Shown here: positions 9,083-19,200 of the stretch, piece by piece
Numbering within the stretch: the stretch's first letter is position 1
How the letters are laid out: each line of letters starts with the position of its first letter
NCBI GenBank assembly: GCA_963835575.1
Contig: CAWIGG010000003.1
Coordinates: 96,001-160,000, forward strand
Source of the DNA: an uncultured Spirochaetota bacterium
GTDB taxonomy: Bacteria; Spirochaetota; Brevinematia; Brevinematales; JAOACQ01
Length of the DNA: 64,000 nt
Direction of reading: 5' to 3'
Program-made: the position numbers and the translations under genes
The notes under the pieces: generated by a model
The model's database searches: none
What the model was told of the DNA's origin: nothing
The model's input: only the letters and a program-made list of their open reading frames with translations

Positions 9083-11058
9083 ATGAAAAAGAATAATGAT
9101 TCGTTTTTTTATTCCAGCTTGTCAAATATATTGTCCCTGTCTGTAGTCATTATTCTTATTATTTTTTTTGGCATGTCAGCTCCCTTAATTCAAAAAAATT
9201 CAGGCCATACTGAAATACTGATTTTAATAGCTCTCACTCCCTGGTTTATAACCGCGTTAAAACCGGTGATTTTTCCGGATTTTTCTAAAAACATACTCCT
9301 TTCAAATCATTCCATAGTTTCTTTTAAAAACCTTATTCTTAAAATCATTCCTTCATTATTACTGAGTGTTTATGGAATAATTATTTACAGATTCATCCCT
9401 CAGTTTCAATACAGTGTGTTCTTCTTCTTTTCACTTTTCATTCTGGCTTTTTTATGGATTTCCGGTTATTTATTAAAATTTATAGTCAGGGGATTCAAAG
9501 ACCGCTGGTCTTCAAATGATTTTAGAAAAGATATGGGCTGATTAATCCTGATTTCCGGTCTGGCTGTTTTTTTGAGACTGTGGGGTATTGACCATGGTTC
9601 ACCTTTATACAATGCCTACCCTGATGAAGCTGATAATGTTGAAAGGGCCCTCCGGTTCTTTCTCCTCCAGAACAGTGATCCTGCGCCTTTCTATTATCTG
9701 GCTTCGTTCTCCTATTTATTAGCCCCTTTCTATGCTTTCCAGATATTTATTCAAACAGTAGCCGGCTCTTTTAAAGACTTTTCGGCGATTGTTCCAACCG
9801 ATTTTTCTTTCTATACAGCGCCCCGCCTGATATCCGCCGCAATGGGTGTATTGACAATCGGACTGGTTTATGAAATTGGTAAAACTTTGAAAAACTCCTT
9901 CGCCGGATTAACCGCCGCCTTCTTTTTGTCTGTTACAGACTTGCTGTCTATATGTCACATATTGCGAAAGCCGATATTCTTATTACAGCCTGCTCAACGG
10001 CTGTAATATTATTCAGTTTACGGATATATCAAAAACAGCAAACCGCGGATTTCATTATGGCCGGCATCTGCATAGCTCTTGCCGCATCAGCCAAGACGAA
10101 TAATGTCCTTTTATTCCTGCCTGTTTTTCTGGCATTATGGGCCCGTTTCGGCCGGGATCTGCCCGGGTATCATCTAAAAAATATTTTATCGTTATTTTCC
10201 ATTTTTCTTTCCTGCCTTTTGATTTTTAACCCCTACTATTTACTGGCTCCCAATGATCTCTGGTATTCTTTTTTCAGGGAAATAATCTTTGGGAATAATT
10301 ATCCAAACGATACCATACGTTATTTGAGCGGATGGTGGTTCCAGCTTTCTTATTCATTGTGGTTCGGCCTGGGTTTTTCCCTCTATTTAATTGGATTTAT
10401 TGGATTTTTGCCATGCTTTTATAAAAATAAAAAAATGTTTTTCATATTTATACTTTTCCCATTTCTCTTTTTCCTGCTTTCGGGCAGCATAGCAAGACAT
10501 GTGGCCAGGTATTCCCTCGCCTTATTGCCGTTTTTCTGCATAACTGCCGGAATGGCAGTTTCACTATTTTATGAAAAAATTAAGAAATACCTGCCTGATA
10601 AAAAAATCGCGTTTTTATCAATTGCGCTCTTTACAATCCTGATCTCCATTCCTTCTATCATCCAGACGATTGATCTGGATATATTCTTTGCCAGAAAGCA
10701 CAATTCGGCCATCGTTCGCGATTATATAGTTCAAAACATTCCGCAAGGTTCCGCAATTGCATGCAATAATATTGCATGGAAGTATTCACGGGTTACCGGT
10801 TTGACCAACTATCATGAATCAAAATATTCCCCCGGCACACCAGCTGACTATGTCATAGTTTATTATGATTTTGGGATGAATAATGAGGAAATAAATTCCA
10901 TTCAATCCAATTATCATCTGGAAAAAGCATTTATTATTTCCAAAAAAAAGGGGATGACTTACTGCGATAACGAGTCATTCCATTATTATAGAACGGACTT
11001 TTTTGAAAGGCCTCGCTGTGATATCGAATTATATGCCAAGAAAACAAGTGATCATTAA
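9083..11058 (+). pseudogene. GT39/ArnT-like membrane glycosyltransferase, disrupted
   Basis: 9083 and 9572 ORFs are in one frame separated by TGA 9539-9541; frameshift near 9945. LRLWGI...PDE, RLISA...G, SHIAKAD motifs. Confidence 0.7.
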
Positions 11059-11073
11059 TGTTTTGCTGGACGG

Positions 11074-13095
11074 TTACCAAGGCTTTTTCTGAAAAGGATC
11101 ATTATTCTTTTTTCTCTTTTTTTTCTCCAGATAAAGAAGTTTATCCGCTTCCGCGATCACCTGCTCGAAAGTGATTTCTTTCTCCGCGGCGCTGTCGTAT
11201 TCATAAACGCCGATGCTGATCGATATTTGATAAGGCTTATTGACTTCATTATTTACCATGTCGATGATCGCATGAAGATTGTTTAATATTGTTTCCGCGT
11301 ATTTTCTTAATGTATACAAAGCGATGATCGTGAATTCGTCCCCGCCGATGCGGCCGATGATATCCGAATCACGGAAAGCGCTTTTCAGGATCCGGGACAC
11401 CTGCTGGAGCGCAAAATCGCCTTCCATATGCCCGAAGGTATCGTTTATGGCTTTTAAATAATCGAGGTCGGCGAAAAACAGCAGATAGTTCTCTTTTTTC
11501 CCGGCGGCGTTTTTATGATATTCCCTGCCGGTATCTATAAAGCCCCTCCGGTTCAATAAACCGGTCAGTTCATCCCTCCGTGAAATATTTTCCAGTATGC
11601 TGTTTGTTTTTTCCAGTTCGGAAAGCGTGTATTTCAGCTTTTCCTCGGCCAGCATCCTGTTCCTCAGGAGAAAAGTGCCCATAAGAGCTATGCTCAGATT
11701 GCTCCTCAATGTGTCATAAAGAAAGCTTTTTTTAGGTTCTGAATTAAAAATGATATAACCGAAAAACTCATCGTAAAGACAGAGCGAATCAATAACAATA
11801 TTGTACTGATAGGGCTTAATCGGTTCCGGCAGAAGCCTGCCTGTCAAAAATTGGGCCTTACTTTCCTCTACGGCAAAGAGCCTGTTGTTATCATACGCCA
11901 TCATCAGGCGGGAATATTTCGGAAGTTTTTTTTTGTTTTTCCCTTCCCCGTCCTTCATATGTTTAAACAAGACCACAAAGCACTGGGAAATTTCCAGAAG
12001 GGAGAGTTCATCCTTCAAAACATTCATCATATGGCTGAGATTGAAATCGGAGATTAAATTAAAACCGACCGTCAGCAGAGACGATGTTTCATACATGATC
12101 CGGTTTTTATTGATATTCAGCTTTATTTTATTAAATTCCCCGATCATAATGTCGGCGTAATGGATAATATCAAATAAGAAAGTAATCGCTTTCCCGTCAT
12201 TGAATATTCTTGTAAAATAATCCTTTATCACTGACAGGGCGGTATACCAGTCCGTAATTTGATAAAACTGGCTGCTCTGCGAATAGAGAGTTTTTTCAAG
12301 ATTGATCAGAAACCGGGAAGGTTCCCTGGAAAGCCGGATATCCTCATCTAAATCCTGGATCAGACCTGAAAGATGCCGGGCGAAAATTTTATCCATCCTT
12401 AAAAATGAAAAAGCCTGTTTAACGATCTGGCTTATCATTACGTCCAGCGAGTTTTCCAGAGTAATTGATTTTATACCGGCCAATTGAATATCCGTTTGAG
12501 TATATTTTTTAATGGAGGCCGCATTGCAGCCGCAGGATTGCCGGACGATCAAAGAGGTCAGATTGGAGATTATTTCCGGTACTGCTTCGCCGTTGATTAT
12601 CTTGACAATGGTATCTACGGCAGTTTCCCCCAGGCTCTGAACAGGCTGCCTGACGGTGGTCAGAGAGGGGACCATGGAAACCGCGTCGATTCCCGACTGT
12701 GCGTTGAAATCCCCCTGAAAAACAAGCTTCCTTTCCATCGGGATTTTATTCAGTTCTAAAGCGTCTGAAAAAGCCTGGAAGCGGTCGTTGGCTTCCGGGA
12801 CCTCCAACTGGCCTTTAATGAACGCCAGATGTTTTAAATTATGTTCGATGATGAGATGGTTGACGGCTTTGAAAACCCCGCCGTAGTTATCAACAACAAT
12901 ACTGGTAATTCCGTCAATGGGAGTATTGATGCTGATGGTGGGCAGCGGACTGTATGACAGATGAAAAGCTTTCAGCCTCTCCTGCGTAACTTTGCTGCCG
13001 ACGCTTCCCGCGATGATCAGACCCTGTATTTTTTCCCTGTCGACAAAGTCAAAGATCTGATTTCTAAAAAAAGATGCATCTGAAACATTATCCAA
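11074..13095 (-). CDS. Diguanylate cyclase with partly deleted LacI-type sugar-binding domain
   Basis: DELTGLLNRRG, RDSD I-site, GGDEF. N-terminal VDNYGG...HLAFIKG...LTTVRQP...IVRQSCGC with an internal gap. Confidence 0.8.
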   Translation of the reverse strand: MDNVSDASFFRNQIFDFVDREKIQGLIIAGSVGSKVTQERLKAFHLSYSPLPTISINTPIDGITSIVVDNYGGVFKAVNHLIIEHNLKHLAFIKGQLEVPEANDRFQAFSDALELNKIPMERKLVFQGDFNAQSGIDAVSMVPSLTTVRQPVQSLGETAVDTIVKIINGEAVPEIISNLTSLIVRQSCGCNAASIKKYTQTDIQLAGIKSITLENSLDVMISQIVKQAFSFLRMDKIFARHLSGLIQDLDEDIRLSREPSRFLINLEKTLYSQSSQFYQITDWYTALSVIKDYFTRIFNDGKAITFLFDIIHYADIMIGEFNKIKLNINKNRIMYETSSLLTVGFNLISDFNLSHMMNVLKDELSLLEISQCFVVLFKHMKDGEGKNKKKLPKYSRLMMAYDNNRLFAVEESKAQFLTGRLLPEPIKPYQYNIVIDSLCLYDEFFGYIIFNSEPKKSFLYDTLRSNLSIALMGTFLLRNRMLAEEKLKYTLSELEKTNSILENISRRDELTGLLNRRGFIDTGREYHKNAAGKKENYLLFFADLDYLKAINDTFGHMEGDFALQQVSRILKSAFRDSDIIGRIGGDEFTIIALYTLRKYAETILNNLHAIIDMVNNEVNKPYQISISIGVYEYDSAAEKEITFEQVIAEADKLLYLEKKKRKKNNDPFQKKPW

Positions 13096-13291
13096 TGCGC
13101 CGCCGGAAAAGAGTCCCGCCTTGAACTGAATTTCGGGAAAAGAGGTGTTTTTTACTTCTTAGTCCGCGGTGAGTTATCCCCCCGATGGAATTTTTCAATT
13201 TTCCCTATCTATATATTCATTTTCAGGTTAGAATTGTATGGATTGAAATTATAAATTTTCCTGTCTATCGGACAGAGAAGGTAAAATCATT

Positions 13292-16200
13292 TTGAAAATG
13301 CATTTAAACCGCCGGCGGAAGGCGCTTTTCAAGGAACACACCGGGCCGGACCGTCTTACCGGGGAAAATTCCCTGGAATATCCTTTACTCGCCGACCTGT
13401 TCAGTATTGAACAGCTGGAAAAACATGGGGAGGCCATTGCCCGGCTGCATGAACTGGATTTCCGGGCAGGTAAGGATAAACTCCTGGGCAGGCTTACTGA
13501 AAATGAAAAAATCCTGAGTGAAATATATGAATTTTTAAGTACCGGAGAAGAGGCAAAACAGAGCCTGTCCACGGCCGGGGTCTGGCTCCTGGATAATTTC
13601 TTCCTGATTGAGGAACAAATCCAGATAGCGCGGAAACACCTGCCGAAAAGATACAGTCAGGAACTTCCCCGTCTCCGTTCCGGCCCATCGGCGGGCCTGC
13701 CGCGTGTTTATGATATTGTCCGCGAACTGATCTCTCATGTGGACGGTAAAGTTGATAAAGGGAATCTCGGCAGCATTACCGCTTCATATCAAAGGATAAC
13801 ACCCTTGAAATTGGGCGAATTATGGGCCATCCCCATTATGCTGCGCCTGGCCCTGATCGAAAATTTACGCCGGGTCGCTATGCGCGTCGCCGCGGGTATG
13901 AGCGACCGTAATCTGGCCGGTATCTGGGCGGACCGGCTGCTCAAAACAGCCGGGAATGACCCGAAAAATATTATCCTCGACATGGCGGATATGGTCAGGG
14001 CCGAACTCCCCATGACCAGCACTTTTGTGGCGGAATTAGTCAGGAGGCTGCAGAGCCGGAACCCGGCCCTTGTCCTGCCCCTTACCTGGATCGAACAGCG
14101 TCTTATAGAAAAAGGCCAGACGATCGAACGGCTGGTACAGCTGGACAGCCAGCATCAAGCGACCAGCCAGATCTCCATCTCGAACAGCATCAACAGTCTC
14201 AGGTTCCTGACAGCGATCAACTGGAAAAATTTTGTGGAAGCCATGAGCCGTGTGGAACAGGTTCTCCGCGGCGATCCCGCGGGTGTTTATCAAAAAATGG
14301 ATTTTACTACCCGGGATAATTACAGGCATGTTATCGAGAAGATCGCGAAGCAAAGCCGGCTGCCTGAGGACAGCGTAGCGCTTCAGGCGGTTAAACTCTC
14401 GTCGCAAAACAAGGAAAAAACAGATAAAACGGCCCACATCGGCTATTACCTGATCGGCCGGGGACGCAACCTGCTGGAACAGGCCGTTAAGATGCGGCTT
14501 ACTTTCAGGGATAAGCTGTCCGGAACCGGCAGGAAAGCGCCGTTATTCTTTTATCTGGGCTCCATCCTACTTGTTACGGCCGGCCTGACATTATCATCGC
14601 TCCGGATAATGCATCCCCCAGGTCCGGGGATAAAGCCCTGGCTGGCTTTCCTTCTTCTCCTCGGATTCAGCCAGCTGTCTATCGCGCTTGTAAACTGGGT
14701 GTCAAGCATTCTGGTTAAACCCGTGCTTCTGCCCAGAATGGATTTTTCCAAGGGAGTCCCGCAGGAATCATGCACGCTGATTACCGTACCATCCATACTT
14801 TCCAGCGCGTTTGATATCGGCGAGCTCATGAATAAAATTGAAACATGCTGCCTGGCCAACAGGGCCGATAATCTTTACTTCAGCCTTTTAACCGATTTCA
14901 AGGACGCGCCGGAAGAATCCATGCCTGATGACGGACCGCTTTTCAAGCTGGCCAGGGAAGGCATTAAACAGCTGAATAATAAATACGGCCGTAACGGCCG
15001 CGGGCCGTTCTATCTTTTTCATCGTTCCAGGCTGTGGAACCCGGGGGAAAAAGTCTGGATGGGATATGAGCGGAAACGGGGGAAACTTGAAGCCCTTAAT
15101 AAAGCCCTGCGGTCCGGTAAAACACCGGAGCTCCTCATCGAAGGCGACCCCTCGGTTTTGCCTCAGGTTAAATATGTCATAACTCTCGATACGGATACCC
15201 AGCTGCCCCGCGATGCGGCAAGACTGCTGATTGAAACCATGGCGCACCCGCTCAACGTTCCCGTCTATGATCCTGCTAAAAAGAGGGTCGTGTCGGGATA
15301 TACGATACTCCAGCCCAGGGTTGTCTCAAGCCTGCCGGCGGCGCGCAAGTCCTGGTATTCGAGAATCTTTGGAAGCGAAACAGGGATTGACCCTTATACG
15401 CGGGCGGTATCGGACGTTTACCAGGATATTTTCGGAGAAGGCTCATTCATCGGCAAGGGAATTTATGACGTGGATATGTTCATCCGGTCCCTGGCTGATC
15501 GTCTGCCTGAGAACCGGATTTTGAGCCATGATCTCCTGGAGAGCACATACGGCAGGTCGGGCATGATCAGCGACGTCCAGCTGATCGACGAGTTCCCGGA
15601 AAGCTACAGCGAGGATATTTCCAGGCGCCGCCGCTGGATCAGGGGCGATTGGCAGATCGCCGCATGGTTACTGCCCCGCGTGCCCGGGTATAAACAGAAA
15701 CCGGAGAAAAATCCCATCTCTTTATTATCGTGGTGGAAGATCTTTGATAATCTCCGGAGGAGCCTTGTCCCGGCAGGATTAATGCTTTTGATCGTTCTCA
15801 GCTGGATGTTCCTGCAGCCTTCATGGCTGGGGTTTAGTATTGCTGCGGGGATTATTTTTATTCCCATGCTGCCCGGTGTTTTTAAGCAGGCGTTCCGTAT
15901 TCCCGTTAAGTTCCCATTAACCCTGCATATGCTCTCGGTGGCCGGATACCTGGGACGCCATCTTTTCCAGGCTGTCTTTTTGTTCGCGGTCCTTCCTTAT
16001 GAGGCTTTTTTTAATCTTATCGCAATCATTATAACCTGCTCCAGGATGCTCTTTTCCAGGCGTAAACTTCTCGAATGGACCCCGTCCGGGGAAGCCAGGC
16101 ATAAACCATGCAGAAACTTGCCGGGCTATTACCGGCTGATGGCTATTGTTCCCCTGCTCATACTTGTCTTCGGAACATTTCTATTCACACAATGGCAGGA

Positions 16201-19200
16201 ATGGATATTAAATATATTGGGACTGACGCTATTCTGGTTTTTTTCTCCCTTTTTCGCGTGGTGGATCAGCAGGCCGCTGGTTAAGCGCAGTATCAGCCTG
16301 TCCCCAAAGCAGATTACATTCCTGAGGAAAATCTGCCGTAAAACCTGGAGATTTTTTGAAACCTTTGCGGGGCCTGAAGACAACTGGCTCCCGGCGGATA
16401 ATTACCAGGAAGAACCGAAAGAAGCATCTGCGCACCGGACCTCGCCCACGAATATCGGGCTGATGCTCCTTTCGAACCTGGGCGCTTATGATCTCGGATA
16501 CCAGTCCGCGGGGCAATTGATCGACAGGACCAGAAAATCATTCAGGACAATGGAAGGACTGGCCCGGTTCCATGGGCATTTCTTTAACTGGTATGATACC
16601 AGGACCCTGCAGCCCCTGCCGCCGGAGTATGTTTCAACAGTGGACAGCGGCAACCTGGCAGGCTATCTTTTGACCCTCAGACCCGGCCTTCTTGAGCTCA
16701 AGGACCGTAAAATCTTCCAACAGCAATTATATAGCGGCCTGATCGATGCGCTCTCTGTTATCAATGATCTGCTTATTCCTCCGCCGGATAAAATAACCAT
16801 GATACTGAAAAAAAAGTCCGCATTGGATAAACGGCTGAGTCAGCTTATAGAAACCATAACGGATATGCGGCTTCAGACCGGAGGACTCGGCAAGGCTCTG
16901 GAAGATTTAAACAGAATTGTCATTGAGGTCCGGGAACTGCGAATCCTGGCGGGTGAAAAGCCGGACCCGGAAGCGGATTGGTGGTTCCAGGCGCTGGAAG
17001 ATCAATGCGCCGCGGAACAGGAAGAACTGATCTTTCTGGCGCCCTGGCTTGTTTCTGAAGGACCGGGGAACACGATAAACAAAAAAATAATACAGGACCT
17101 GGATAATAACCGCACACTCTCTCAACTTGCCGGTTTGAATGAATTATCGGCTTCTATTGAAGCCGGGATAAAAAAATCAGGCCCGTCTTCAGAGGAAAAG
17201 CGGGAACCGGACCTGGAATTTTATGACAAACTTCTTTACAAGGTCAGACAGGGAAGCCATCGGGCCCAGGCGCGTATCAAACAGCTGGAACAGATGGCCC
17301 TGCAATGCCGGGACCTCTCAGACCAGGATTATGATTTCCTGTACGATGCTTCCCGCAATCTCCTCAGCATCGGATATGATGTGTCCAAACACCGGAATGA
17401 CGAAAGTTTCTATGATCTGCTCGCTTCCGAAGCCCGGTTATGCAGTTTTATCGGGATCGCCCGGGGCAAACTGCCCCTGGAACACTGGTTTTCCCTGGGC
17501 CGTCTGGTTACTATCTGGAAAGGCAGAACAATCCTGCTCTCCTGGGGCGGCTCCATGTTCGAATACCTTATGCCGCGGCTGGTGATGCCGGACTATGACA
17601 ATACCCTGCTCGGCCAATCCTGTCAAGCGGTCGTGGAAAGACAGATCGCTTACGGGCGGAAAAAAGGTGTGCCATGGGGTATTTCAGAATCTGCCGAAGC
17701 CATGACAGACGCCGGCCTGAATTATCAATACAGGTCTTTCGGAGTACCGGACATCGGATTTAAACGGGGACTATCCAATGACCTGGTGATCGCGCCCTAT
17801 GCTTCCGTCCTGGCGATGATGCTTAACCCCGGCGAGGCATGTGTGAATTTACAGAAACTTTCAGAGCGCGGTTTCGAAGGAAGATATGGATTTTATGAGG
17901 CAATCGATTTTACGCCCGGCCGTCTGCCTCATGATCAATCCGAAGTCCTGATCCGTTCGTTCATGGCCCATCATCAGGGTATGAGCTTCATTTCCTTAGT
18001 TAATTATTTTACAAATGATCTGATGATAAACCGGTTTACATCCGATCCCCTCTTTCAGACAACGGTCCTTCTCCTTCAGGAACGGGTACCTAAAGCCACC
18101 CCGTTTCAAATGCTGCCTTCGGTCCTTTCAAGGACAAGGGACATGCCGGAGAAGCAGGAAGATGCCCTGCGGGTGTTTAACACGGCCGGGACGCCTTTCC
18201 CGGAAGTTCACCTGCTCTCCAACGGCCGGTATCATGTGATGGTGACCAATGCCGGGGGAGGGTACAGCCGGTGGCGGGATATTGCCGTCACCCGCTGGAG
18301 CGAAGACGCTACCAGGGACAATTTCGGAACATTTATCTACATCAATGATATTTCCAGCGGCAGCCTCTGGTCAGCCGCTTTCCAGCCGACGCTCGCCGAG
18401 CCCAAGAATTATGAGGCGCTGTTTCCCCAGGCGCGGGCTGAGTTCCGGCGCAGGGACCAGGGCCTTGATACCTATACGGAGATTGCCGTATCACCCGAAG
18501 ACGATATCGAGCACAGGCGGATCAGCCTGAGCAATTATACAGTCAAGACACGGACCATCGAGATTACCAGTTATGCCGAAGTGGTCCTGATCAAACCTGA
18601 CGATGAAACAGCTCATCCCGCGTTCTCCAATCTGTTCATGCAAACCGGGATCATCCGGGAACACAAGGCAATTTTATGCTCCCGGCGGCCGCGATCTCCG
18701 CATGAAAAAAACCCATGGATGTTCCATCTCCTCGCTGTAAATGAAAATGAACAATTTGAAGTCTCCTATGAAACCGACCGCTTGAAGTTCATCGGCCGCG
18801 GCCGGGCCGCCTGCAACCCGCTTGCAATGGAAGAGGCAGGGCCTCTTTCCGGAACAGAGGGACCGGTTTTGGACCCAGCTGTCTCCATCCGCTGCAGGCT
18901 GACCCTGAAACCCGGCGATACGGTCACTGTCGGGTTTATTTCGGGTATGGCGGAGACACAGCAGGAAGCCATGACTTTGATTGAAAAATATCAGGACAGG
19001 CGTCTGGCGGACAGGGTTTTTGACATGGCGCTGATCCATGGAAAGGTCCTGCTTCAGCAGCTTAATGCCTCGGAATCCGACGCTCAAGTTTACGGCCGCC
19101 TGGCCAGCTCCATACTGTATTCGAACCTCAACCGCAGGGCCAATCCGGCCATCCTGATGAAAAACAAAAAGGGACAGTCCGGCTTATGGGCTTACAGCAT

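Noticed and set aside
9539..9541. In-frame TGA as selenocysteine or recoding
   Set aside because: No SECIS-like hairpin or Cys-type context; TGA is a normal stop elsewhere (recG, phoH); the gene has a second lesion.
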